64,000 nt of DNA from Heptranchias perlo (taxonomy: Eukaryota), in assembly GCF_035084215.1 (NCBI RefSeq), contig NC_090362.1:13330001-13394000 (forward strand). Direction: 5' to 3'. The notes beneath the pieces are model-generated. The model ran no database searches. It was given only the letters and a program-made list of their open reading frames with translations, and was not told where the DNA came from. The translations under genes and the position numbers were made by a program. Below are positions 40,119-51,271 of the stretch, piece by piece (within the stretch, counting starts at the first letter, position 1; each line of letters opens with the position of its first letter).

Positions 40119-40500
40119 AGTGATGTAATTGATGTGTTTAAGATGAATAAAGGATTTGATAGGATAGAGAGAAACTATTTCTTTCCTCTGGTGGGGGGGG
40201 GGGGGGAGTCCAGACCAAGAGGCATAACCTTAAAATTAGAGCTAGGCTGTTCAGGGGGTGATGTCAGGAAGCACTTCTTCACACAGAGTAGTGGAAATCT
40301 GGAACTCTCTCCCCCTCCTCCCCCCCCCCCAAAAAAAAACTGTGGATGCTGGGGGTCAATTGAAAATTTCAAAACTGAAAGATTTGTTAGGTGAGGGTAT
40401 TAAGGGTTACAGAACCAAGGTGAGTAGATGGAGATAAAATACAGATCAGCCATGATCTACTTGAATGAAGAGGCTTGAGGGGCTGAATGGCCTCCTCCTA
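40119..40500 (+). mobile_element. CR1 3' fragment (continuation of 39585-39640)
   Basis: FKMNKGFDRIERNYFFPL...RKHFFTQ; gggctgaatggcctcctcct 3' stem. Confidence 0.8.
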
Positions 40501-41522
40501 TCTCTGAGTAAACAATCCACTCAGTTTTATAAATTCTAGTTATTTAATAAGAAATTGTAAACAAATACAGACTTCAATCAGCAATCATTGATTTACACAA
40601 CATTGATATTTCACTAGACAAGGAAGACATACATAAAAGTGCAATTGGAGACATCTAGTCCAACCCATTTCCCTGCTTTTTACCCCCTTTAATATTTTTC
40701 AAATGTTTATCCAATTTCCTCTTAAATGTTGTGGATAACACAGCATCAATAGCCAGCAGCAGCAATGTATTCCATATTCAAACAAGTGTGGGGAAATTTT
40801 TTCTGGCCCACTTTTCACAAACTTATGCAGTAAACACAGAACAAAAATCAATGGTTTAATGAATTGCACAATGGTTCAATCATTCAGTTCTAAAAGTTTA
40901 AAAAAGAAACTTTTTTGTAAGTTGTGTAGAAGGTAGGAAGGGTTCATCATTTCAGAAACAGTTTATAACAATCCCACTCGCCAGGATTTATATAAAATCT
41001 CACTCAGTGATGTTCCAAACTACTTTCAGTTGATATGACTTCAATCAGAAGTCAGATTTCATATAAATGGCAGTGCAGGAAGTGGCCATATAGGATAATG
41101 CCATTGGAGCCATCCACTCCATTTCCCTGCTTTCTGTCCCCCACCTTTCTTTTTTTCCCAAGTATTTTTCCAATCGATTGTAAAGCACGTTTTCCCACAC
41201 CCTGACTATCCAAATGCTCAACAGTGGATTCTGTTGCTGGTTACGTTTATAGATCATCGTGAAGCTATTATACATAAGAGTCTCAAAAAAGTGAAGCATA
41301 ATACACATTTTCCCCAAACACGGAATTCCCCCTTCCCATTCCGAAGACATTGACTCATGCTGGGAATACGTTTTAAAGTTGACCTGCCGGCTGCAGGGAG
41401 CCTGTATGTCCAGGGCTGGCCATCTCGCCAAGATCAATGTAACAGCAGCTAGAAGGGAGCAATTAATGCACTCCATTTGGGTGATGGTTGCGAGAGGCTG
41501 ATAGGCAGCTGGTGAACTGATT

Positions 41523-42845
41523 TCAATCCTCTAGAAGCCCAGTTATTTCTGATCTAAGTTGGGAGAGTTCCTCTTCAGAGAGTAAGTGCTTGCGGATTAT
41601 TTCCAGCGCCTTCCCCTCAGTCATCTCGCTGTAATGGTGGGGGGTTTTGATGGGCAAGTGTCCCGCCAGCTCACACAGAGCCACGTTAAATGCCGACTCC
41701 TCCTTGACGCCGAAGCAGGATCTCCGCGGCCAGAGTATGAGCCGAACCCCGTCCCGCGATCCCGGGTCTGCAACTCGGCCCCCCAGCGGGCAACCCCGAG
41801 TCAGGAACAGGTTGTGAGCCAGCGATCGGCCCAGGAAGAAGTCGGTGATTCGGTGAAGCGCGGCCGCGGTCTGCGGGATGTCGGTCCCGTCCGTGTACAG
41901 GACCAGCCCTCGAGTGGGGTGTCCGGACAGAAGGTGAACTCGGTGCAGCGGCTTTGGCCGGGGCCGGGACCGGGACCGGGGCGGCTCGCGTTCCCCTTCA
42001 GCCCGCTGGAGCCCAGGTTTGTCCAGTCCTGGCCCCGGCTGATCCCGGGTTGTCCCAGTCCAGCCCGCTCCTACATCCAGCTCGGGCTCGGCTCTATTAA
42101 AACCCGTGCCCGGGGCCAGAGGCTCGGTCGGGGCCGATTCCACCTCTAACTCGTGTCCCAAATAATAGCCGTGCAGGTGCAGGTGATTGACGGAGGCGAA
42201 GGCCCCGAGACTGTTAAACCCCATTCGGAAGCCCGGGTCCGAGCTCAGGAAGACCAGCTCCAGGGCCTGGAGCAGCGAGTCCCCGGTTAAAACCTGCGGC
42301 AGAGCCCGAGCCGGGTCGGGGAGCAGCAGAACGTGGCCGTACTCCAGGGGGCTCACGTTGATGATCAGCAAGGCACCCCCTTGCCCCGTAAGTCTGTCCC
42401 CGGGACAGGCGGCGCCTCCCCGGCGGAGGGCGAAGAGGATCTCCCGGGGCCGGATCTTGCCGAAGTTGAACTGATTGGGGTCGAAGGGCTGCCGGAGGCT
42501 GAGGATCTCCTGCGGCCTCCGCCGCTCCGTTCCCCGGCTGACGTTCAGCTGGGCCACAAAGCGGCGCGGCCCCGGCAGCACCCGGCTGAGCAGCTCCGGC
42601 CCCCGCAGGGCGTAGCGGAAGCAGCCCCGGGACATCCGATCGGCCCAGGCCGAGCGGAGCGCCGCATCGAAGCGGCAGCGGGTTCCCGGGCGGCCCCACC
42701 GGACCCCGCTCTTAAAGAAATCACCCTCCGAGTACGCGAACACCTCGGCCTCCGTCCACGGTCTGGCCTGCTCCGGCTCCCCGTTTACCGCGGCTCCATC
42801 CGCCGGCTTCAGCTCAGCGATTCCCGCCTCACTGGGCGCCGCCAT
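41523..42845 (-). CDS. GDPGP1: GDP-D-glucose phosphorylase 1 (VTC2-like HIT family), single coding exon, 440 aa
   Basis: RFVAQLN..RG.ERRRPQEI...FDPNQFNF.KI; INVSPLEYGHVLL; GFNSLGAFASVNHLHLH (HIT motif); FNVALCELAGHLP. Confidence 0.96.
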   Translation of the reverse strand: MAAPSEAGIAELKPADGAAVNGEPEQARPWTEAEVFAYSEGDFFKSGVRWGRPGTRCRFDAALRSAWADRMSRGCFRYALRGPELLSRVLPGPRRFVAQLNVSRGTERRRPQEILSLRQPFDPNQFNFGKIRPREILFALRRGGAACPGDRLTGQGGALLIINVSPLEYGHVLLLPDPARALPQVLTGDSLLQALELVFLSSDPGFRMGFNSLGAFASVNHLHLHGYYLGHELEVESAPTEPLAPGTGFNRAEPELDVGAGWTGTTRDQPGPGLDKPGLQRAEGEREPPRSRSRPRPKPLHRVHLLSGHPTRGLVLYTDGTDIPQTAAALHRITDFFLGRSLAHNLFLTRGCPLGGRVADPGSRDGVRLILWPRRSCFGVKEESAFNVALCELAGHLPIKTPHHYSEMTEGKALEIIRKHLLSEEELSQLRSEITGLLED

Positions 42846-43540
42846 TTTATGGTGACGTCACCAGCCGCGCCGAGGCCCCCGTTTCCACGGCTTCCAAAGG
42901 GAGCTGTCCCCCCCCCGCCGCCGCCGCCGCCTGTATGCACAGCCCAGCAGCTATTCGAAGATTAAAGAATAGACAAGCAATTTGATTCCTTTTACACGGA
43001 ATAATAATTAATTTTCCAACGACATCCCTGCATCAGCTTTTATTTTAGAGTAAATTAGAAAGCCGCTCAGAAATAAGATTGCACTAGCCAATCGAATTGC
43101 GATTCTGTCAGCCTATCAGAGCTTTTGTAATTTTATTTTAACCAATGAACATCGACCTACTGATTTCCAGCCAATAATCGATGGTTGAGTGTCACTACAC
43201 AACCAATCAGCGTTATGCAACGCAGGCCACCAATGAAAAAGCGAGGCTCCGCGGACCAATCAGAACTAGCATTTGGTTGCCATGACTGCGAGGCGGGCAG
43301 AGCGCGGCCTGACAGGGCGGCGGGCGCCAGGTGAGTGAGGAAAGCGGAGAAGGGGGAGTTCGGGCGCGAAATAAAATAAATAATGAAATAGCCGCACCGC
43401 CGAAAGTTTACATCGGGACGCGGTCAGCACGGAGTGGGTTGAAAGCCACTCGGAGCCCCAACGTTTCCCACCTGTTGTCGGCGCTTCAGTACCATAGCAA
43501 CGCGCCGCGGCAACGGGCCTTAGCAACGGGCAACTAAACT
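42846..43540. promoter_or_regulatory. Divergent GDPGP1/TTLL13 promoter: CRE, six CCAAT boxes, RFX half-sites, non-coding first exon donor at 43330
   Basis: TGACGTCA 42853-42860; CCAAT at 43088, 43142, 43171, 43203, 43230, 43256; GTTGCCATG ~43277; CAG|GTGAGT 43330; RGCAAC x4 at 43494-43534. Confidence 0.7.
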
Positions 43541-43669
43541 TGAGCAAACTTTTGCACAGTAAACAAGCTGCAGGCTTTGATCCAAGATAAAACCTTTAGT
43601 TAACTTGGGGTCACCAGATTAACGGTTTAATTTTAGCAAACTCAAGATGGCAAATGCATTGTACTGGGT

Positions 43670-44420
43670 TTTAAATATTCAATGTGAGGTGGTGCATTTT
43701 GGTAAAAGGAATAAGGAGACCACCTATTCCTTGGAAAGTAAGAGTCTAAATGGGGTAGAGGAGCAAAGCTAGGGCTACAGATTCACAACGTAAGTTAACA
43801 AGGCCATAAAAATGCAAACAAAGCATTGGGGTTCATTTCTAGAGGGATAGAATTGAAAAGCAGAGAATTATGTTAAACTTGTATCGTACCTTGCTTAGAC
43901 CACACTTGGAGCACTGTGCACAGTTCTGGTCTCCATATTACAAAAAGGATATAGAGGTACTGGAGAAAGTGCAAACAAAATACTGGAACTGAGAGGTTAT
44001 AACTATCAGGAAAAACTGAACAGGCTGGGGATGTTTTCTCTAGAAAAGAGAAGGCTAAGGGGTGACCTAATGGAGGTCTTTAAAATTATGAAGGGGTTTG
44101 ATGGGGTAGACGTGGAGAAGATGTTTCAATTTCCACTTGTGGAGGAGTCCAAAACTAGGGGCCATTAATATAAGACAGTCACTAATAAATCCAATCAGGA
44201 GAAACTTCTTTACCCACAGAGTGGTGAGAATGTAGAACTTGCTACCACATGGAGTAGTTGAGGCGAATAGCATCGATGCCTTTAAGGTGGAGTTTAAAAA
44301 GAGAAAGCAATAGAAGGGTATGCAGATAAGGTTAGGTGAAATAGGATGGGAGGAGGCTTGTGGTGGAGCATAAGCACAGACATTGGCCAATTGGCTTGTT
44401 TCTGCGCTGTAAATTCTATG
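43670..44420 (+). mobile_element. CR1 LINE 3' fragment
   Basis: CEVVHFG; LYRTLLRPHLEHCAQFWSPYYKKDI; tail aattctatg. Confidence 0.88.
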
Positions 44421-44684
44421 TAAAAAAAACTTTTAAAATTCCTGTGTTTAAATTTTTGTACGTTTCTGCCTTGCTCTCCTGAAGGCTGGAATACCTTTTT
44501 CCTGTGCATCCTTCATTACCACCCCAAATGGCCATTCTTCACGTCTGACACCAGTGAATGTGGGCAGGCTATTCCACTGTGGGCGGCATCACAACAATCC
44601 CAGATCTTGTCCTCACCCGACTTCAGGATGTTTGACCAAGCTTTTGGTCACTTGTCATAATGTCTTCTCCTTTGGCTGGTCGTC

Positions 44685-44856
44685 ATCTGTGGAGAGTTAA
44701 CGTTTCAGGTCGATGACCTTCAGAGTTCTGACGAAAGGTCATCGACCTGAAACGTTAACTCTGTTTCTCTCTCCACAGATGCTGCCTGACCTGCTGAGTA
44801 TTTCTAGCACTTTTTGTTTTTTTTTCAGATTTCCAGCATCTGCAGTATTTTGCTTT
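44685..44856 (+). mobile_element. Penelope-like short element with perfect 28-bp inverted repeat
   Basis: Arms 44693-44720 and 44735-44762 are exact reverse complements; body ctccacagatgctgcctgacctgctgagtattt. Confidence 0.75.
44721..44763 (+). ncRNA. Minimal type I hammerhead ribozyme motif (Penelope-associated type)
   Basis: cagagtt-CTGACGA-a-aggtc(atc)gacct-GAAA-cgtt-aactctg: helix I 7 bp, helix II 5 bp, palindromic ACGT in place of helix III. Confidence 0.65.
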
Positions 44857-46670
44857 AGGATTTTTTTAATAGTTAGAACGGAAATAAAACACGAATTATT
44901 GATGGAATGGTATATAACCCACTGAAAAGAAAAACGGGAGATAGATGGCTGAGATCAATGGAAAGAAGCATGGATGAAATTAAAAGACATCAAGTAGTTA
45001 ATAGCTCAGGTATTTAGAGGTGGTCGAAGGGAGAGGTAAGAAGATGGGAGACATCAAAAACACAGATAGCCTGCAAGACACGGTGCTGAAAACAAGCACA
45101 AAAGTAGGTAGGTAACAGGGGCACAAACTGTCCCACCTGCACTCATAAAGGATCTCCACCGCAAGTGTAAACCTGCTACTCCTCCCCTGGCCGCTGACAG
45201 ACCCAACTCATGTCATTGGCACCCTGGCTGTAAACAAATGGCTGAGGTCCAAAGTCAGAGAGCTGACCTGAAGTGTGTAGGAGAGAGATAAGGTGCTGTG
45301 CCACATGTATTTTGTACAGATGCCTCCAGACGTAACAGCACCCACAATAGCATCAATGAGCATGGTTGTTTTCAAGTTGTTCTGGCTGCTGTGCAAACAT
45401 CACAATATAAATTCAATTAAGGAAAAAAACAACACTACGAGTGTTGGAAATCTGAAAGAAAATGCTCCAAATCTGTCAAACAACTGAAAAGGGAAACGAC
45501 AGGTTAATACTTCAGGCCAAGGGGAGAGACCCTTCATCAGAACTGCAAAAGGTAGGTGAGCCCCTTTATGGGATCGATAAGAACATAGGTTAAGTGGGAT
45601 GCAGAGCTGGTACTGCTCCATAGAAGCGGTTCAGCATTTTAAGTGTGCTACAAGTTGTTACCATAATAAGACTATAAAAGCCTTAGTTAGCTAGTATCAA
45701 CAGTGAAAGGACTATTGAACATTGCATTGAGAGCCCATGGCATTGGTTTCTGTAATGTTATTTTTCCCATGTGGTACATTTCCATGGATGTCAATTACCC
45801 TCCGGTAACTTGCCCACGTGATGATTCTTCATGTGTGAGCCTAGGCAGGCTAGTCAATCACATAGGGCACCATAGAAAACCTAATGCTGCCCTTCACCCA
45901 TCGTCCAAATGTACACTTTCAATCAGGAGTCACTGGATATCAATTACGAGTAGGAACTCTGGCTGCTTTGATTTTTTTTCTACCCTCCCTAGCCCAGCGA
46001 TGCTGAATCCAAGTGTCACAACCTAACTATTGCCCCACCTGAGTTCAGTTATCTCAGCTCACACCAAGGATTAAACCTGTGATTCAGATCCACACCAGCA
46101 AGTGGATTCACCCATTGAGCCATTGGGGATGTTTATCAAAATACTACAATGAGAATTTGTTTATCGCAGCGTATCTATAGTACACTGTGTTATTGCAGTC
46201 GCTTTACAGCAAGCTTTTCAGTAGTCTGTGACATTACATCACCTCACTTTGGGCATTGAGCTGTTTTCCAAAGCAGTTGCTGTGATACTGCAGTAAATAA
46301 AGCTATATCCCCAGTAAGTGCTGATGTGATAGAAGACTCTGTCTGACATGGGCTATTCATTCTTGAAATATCAAAAAGAATCTGTGCCTATTGAAAAGTG
46401 CCCACATATAGATGCCAGCTGAGGACAAGATAGAGCTCAGCTGGAATTTCTCCACCCGGCCCAAATGGCCAGTTGACATTCACTGTCTCCTCATGGGTCA
46501 GGTACCAGATAGCTGCTGTATCTCAGCTGGATTTGAGCCAAGATCGCAGAGGTGAAAGATCTAACCTACTGTGCCACCCAGTCCCCACCTAGGTTATTTC
46601 TGTTGTTGGTCAGTCTGAGACTGAGGATGTTTTTGTCAGTCCCTTTCACAAAGTCTCTACATCTCACAGA

Positions 46671-46975
46671 ATGAATGCTTCCGGAGGCATGAGTGACTCC
46701 GAGGAAGAGTCAGCTGAAGAAGAAGCAGAGAATGAGGAAGAGAGTCCAATTGAGGACTCGGAGGACGACACTGAGCCAGTTCAGAAAAAAGCCAGTGTGC
46801 TAAGAGGGACTATAACAACGAGAGAGTTGGTGAGGCACATCAAACATCGTAAACAGGTGGGAGAAGAAAAGGAACTTCACAAACAAGAACAGATAATATC
46901 CAACCAGAACACTGAAGGAAAAGACCCTGCCATGAAAGAAGAGACACAAAAGAAGAAAAAGAAGAGGAAACGCAG
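46671..46975 (+). CDS. TTLL13: Tubulin polyglutamylase TTLL13 (TTLL6 paralog), first coding exon
   Basis: cacag|A ATG; acidic N-terminus then KKKKKRKRR; donor AG|gtataa, phase 2. Confidence 0.8.
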
Positions 46976-47040
46976 GTATAACCGGGACTGATCTTTTCAT
47001 GGTCTTTCACATTTTTACCACCACTTTCACAATATTTTCT

Positions 47041-47168
47041 ACTGACCGGTGCACCGCAGGCTCCTCCCTCACACTGACCGGTGCACCGCAGGCTCCTCCC
47101 TCACACTGACCGGTGCACCGCAGGCTCCTCCCTCACACTGACCGGTGCACCGCAGGCTCCTCCCTCAC
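47041..47168 (+). repeat. 32-bp tandem repeat x4 (actgaccggtgcaccgcaggctcctccctcac)
   Basis: Exact copies start at 47041, 47073, 47105 and 47137. Confidence 0.97.
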
Positions 47169-48606
47169 ATTAATCAATATTAACCTGGATCGTATGAATT
47201 CTGCTCCCATATCTGGGACGACTCTTCTAACAGATTTCCCACATTCATAGACAAGATGTAAGGAAAACTTGTTGCCTTGTAGTTAACCCTTCCCTCAGAC
47301 CCTTCCCTCAGCTCTAGCCTCCCATTTCACATTGTCGCAACTTTTATTGTTTTATTTTCTCATTACTACTATGTTCATTGCTTCTCTGAACTTTCCTCTC
47401 TTAGTCCTTCTAAGGCCAAATAACACCATTCAACACATTCTTCCTCCTCCCTATATCCTCTTTGTGTTGAAATTAAGACTGCACACTTTCACACAACCTC
47501 AAAGTTGTGGACCTCCTTACCTCTTGCGGCCTTCCTTTGCTCCTACATCTTTTGTGTTGAAAATCACAATGGGGCTGCATGTCCTTGGCTATGTGGGCGG
47601 ACTCCTGCCATAACTCCTGCAGGAGTCCCACGGAGCGGCTCAGAAAATGGCCAGAATCCAGCTCCCCAACTGAGCTGGGATATCCTGCTCAGCTCTCTGA
47701 GGGCTGGAGCCTCTGGCTGGCCTCTAGAAGGCCCCGGGCACTCCCTAGGGGATGCCCCATACGCTGGGCGTTCTTGTTCCTTCTTCTAATATGGAGTCTG
47801 GTACACCATGAGATGAGGCATATCCAATTCCAGAAGGGTGCAAGTGGGCCCCAGGGTTGTTTGGGGGGGGGAGGGGGAGAGGAGGGAGAGGAGGGGGGAG
47901 AGAGGGGGAGAGGGGGAGGGGTCAGGCCAGGATTCCCAAAGATAATGGAAATCTTTTTGAAACCAAAGCTTTGTATCAAACTCCCTTGGTAAGCGGATTG
48001 AAGGGGCCGACGATAGCAGGGAAGGACCCAGGTACCCCCCACCACCCTCTCATCCCTCTCCCCACTCTCACCACACCCCCACTCCCACCACCTCCACCCC
48101 CTCCCCCTCGGATGGTAGTCGGGACTGGCAGACACTTGAGGGGTGCCTGTAGCCACACAGAAGCTGACAGGAAGCCAGGTGCCCTCTCACTGACCCCGTA
48201 TACTCTGGCAGGGTCAGTAGCGGAGGTCACCGACAGGCACCATCCCACTGCACCTGCCAGGATCACAGCTCATGGATTATCAGTTTCAATATCTGTTCCT
48301 TCTTGGTATCTAAAAAGAGGAATTGTTAAAATCTTTTAGGTGGAGGGAGACTCTTCATCAGGGCTGACAGATGTACTGCGTATTTCCACAGTTCTATTTC
48401 ATGTTTCCACTTTTTCTTTTGTTACCTAACAATGATTTATCGTGACTCCTCTACACACTGAATACTATCTTTAACTGTTGTGCTATGAAATGGCAATGCG
48501 GAGCACAGCCCAGTCATTTCCCACATGGAAATTTATAACATCTGTCTATTTGATTAAGATTAGCAAACTGCTCTGCCCTTTTTTCTCAGCCTGTTCTTTC
48601 TTGCAG

Positions 48607-48647
48607 GTGGATTGGAATAAATCTGCTCAATTGCAAGTATGAAAGTG
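48607..48647 (+). CDS. TTLL13: TTLL13 coding exon 2
   Basis: WIGINLLNCKYES(V); ttgcag| and |gtgagt. Confidence 0.9.
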
Positions 48648-49329
48648 GTGAGTATTAATGGGATCAGGAAATAGGGGAGATTCGCACAGACCTATATCTA
48701 TACAGCACATACTAATTTTTGCCCTCCAATTTCCTCCCCTCCTCTCCTGAAGGCACTGACTCATTTTGGGGTGCAATTCCATGGGTGTCGGCTGCTCTTT
48801 TGTGTCTTGCTCAGGTAACCATGTACGAGCTTAGACTGAGTGTTGGTCAGGTTGTTCAATTTTGGGCCGCCTGTGATGCCCTTACTAATCATGGTGTTCC
48901 CGAAGCCCATACACATGCACTTTCAAGCAAGAAAGAAAGCAAGCAGGAGCAGGAACCCTGGCTAATTCCACCCCTCCCTTCACTACCCCATGGATACTGA
49001 TTGGATATCAGAAGTACAACTAGTGTTTCCCGATTGCTACTCCAGCTGAGATCAGGTAACTCAACACAGTCTGGCACATCGAACCTAGGACCTTCCCAGT
49101 ATCTGTAGCTGTATCTTGCACCAGGCAGTGTTTTTACCTACTGCTCTATTCTTGTATATATAAGATGTATAGACCGAAATATATTTCAGTAGTCTACTCT
49201 CTAATAAGTCTAGTTTGGTTGGTATTCTGTTTTGATAGTTTATTGCACACTCACTGAATGTGAGGATGCCTGTTCCATTTACATTTCACTTAAATCTTTA
49301 ATTACTGAATTAATTGGTAAAAGATTTAC

Positions 49330-49650
49330 AGATCAATTTTTTTCTCTGTCCCATCCTCTTCCCTTCTTCTTCATTTCTTTATCTGTCCCATTCTTACTCT
49401 TCTGAATTGTTCATTCATCCCCTGTCTCTTTTATACCTTGCTTTCTTTTTCTATTTCTTTCTGTCTGTCCAACTCTCTGTTCCTTTTCACCTCTATCTTT
49501 CTCTTTCTTGTCTATCTATCTATCTATCTCTGTCTCTTCCTCTCTCCTCTGCCTCTATCTCTGTCTTTCTCTCTGTCTAACTCTGTCTCTCTCTGTATCA
49601 CTCTCTTTGTATCTCTCTGTATATCCCTATGTATCTCTGTATCTCTCTTA
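49330..49650 (+). repeat. CT-rich low-complexity tract
   Basis: tctc/tatc-rich pyrimidine run upstream of a TTLL13 acceptor. Confidence 0.8.
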
Positions 49651-49702
49651 CCTTGCCATGTGACAATGGTTTATGTCTCTACCCTCTGTTCTTGTGTTCC
49701 AG

Positions 49703-49821
49703 TCCGTCGTGCAGCTCGTCGTTATGGACTGAAGGAGGTTGGGGAGGATGAAGAATGGATATTGTACTGGACTGACACTGCCGTCTCTCATGAAAGAGTT
49801 ATGGAGATGAAACGTTTTCAG
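49703..49821 (+). CDS. TTLL13: TTLL13 coding exon 3
   Basis: VRRAARRYGLKEVGEDEEWILYWTDTAVSHERVMEMKRFQ. Confidence 0.93.
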
Positions 49822-50533
49822 GTCAGGATCATGGCACAGAGGAGGAAAAGAAGAAATAAGCATGTAAAGTGATTGGTTTCAGATTAATGAGATGTGGACA
49901 CACCACAGTACTGGACTGGCACTTTGTCTTAAACATTTTTGTTTCTGAAGAACTGTAAGTTATAAACTATTCTTGAGCTCAACTTACTGTTATGATGCCT
50001 TTTTAATTGTTATTTTTCACTTAAACTAGATGTTTGCAGAAAAACCAGGACTATATTCTTATAAATGTTATTTTAATTACAAGAAAAAGTTGTTATCTGA
50101 TCGGTGAATCCTTCTCTCATCTCTCGTCTCCAGCCTCTCTGTCTCCGTTGCAATCTTGTCTCCCCCGCTCTTTTTCTCACTTATCAATACTACTATGGTC
50201 ATTACTTCCCTGAACTTTCATCTCATGTTCCTCCCAACCCACAGTACAACATTCTAAACCCTCTGCTTCCTCCCTGTTGAAAGAGGTTCACAACCACATC
50301 TCCTACTCTAATTCATTCCTTCTCAAAACTGTTGAACTCTGTGTGTCCGTCATTCTTCCCTTCTTCCTACTGTCCAAGGCTTTTAAAATCCAAGCTCGGT
50401 GGCACCTCATGACTGTATCTTTTGATTTTCCTTTTCTTCTCTCCAGCCCTTCCTGGTCTGTATTTGTCTTTTCTTTCTTTCAATGTTATCTGGTGTGTGT
50501 AATTGTTGATTTTTGTATTTCTTTTTTTTGCAG

Positions 50534-50664
50534 AAAATCAATCACTTTCCAGGAATGAGTGAGATTTGCAGGAAGGACCTACTGGCCAGGAATTTGAACA
50601 GGATGCTGAAACTCTTCCCGAAGGAATATAACATCTTCCCACGTACATGGTGCTTACCTGCCGA
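50534..50664 (+). CDS. TTLL13: TTLL13 coding exon 4
   Basis: KINHFPGMSEICRKDLLARNLNRMLKLFPKEYNIFPRTWCLPA. Confidence 0.94.
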
Positions 50665-51271
50665 GTGAGTGACCTTAGAATTGAAGATGAAATGTATGTG
50701 CAGTCTTACTGGTGGTTGGGTGGAGATAAGGATAGCTGGCTGAGTGAAAAAGAACTTGTATTTATACAGCGCCTCTTCACATCTCTCAGGATACCTCAAA
50801 GCACTTCATATACAATAAACTATTGGAAGCGCAGTCACATTTATTAAATAGGTGAGTGCACAGCAAGCTCCCACAACAGTAACGTGATGAATAACCAGTT
50901 AAACTGTGGTTTATTGGTATTTGTTCAGGGAGGAATGTTGGGCAGTTCATTGGGAGAAGTTCCTGCTCTTAGCTGGTCATTCATAGTGTTGCTGTTTTTG
51001 GGACGTTGCTTTATATTTTTAGGGTATCTTGTGAATGGGTTGGGGACGTAGACGTTTTCTTGTGATTGGTTTGGGGGAATTGGCTAGTTGAAAAGTTAGG
51101 TTCGATTGAATTGGTGCTTGGGTCTCCCGGTTATAGGACTTGCTAAATTCAGTCTTTAGTTGTGATCTTTTGGGAACTTGAAGGTGAAGCCGATATTTGC
51201 TGATGTTATTTAGCTGTGGGCAATGATCTTTATCGTGTGATCTTTAAACGTTCTGTTTGTATACTGTGCAG

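Noticed and set aside
41586-42965. Several long ORFs overlapping GDPGP1 (187, 210, 161 aa)
   Set aside because: Shadow frames of a GC-rich CDS with no recognisable homology
47860-48120. G-rich and C-rich tracts and associated 137-160 aa ORFs
   Set aside because: Low-complexity runs among decayed repeat-like sequence; similar poly-G/C runs occur throughout the window
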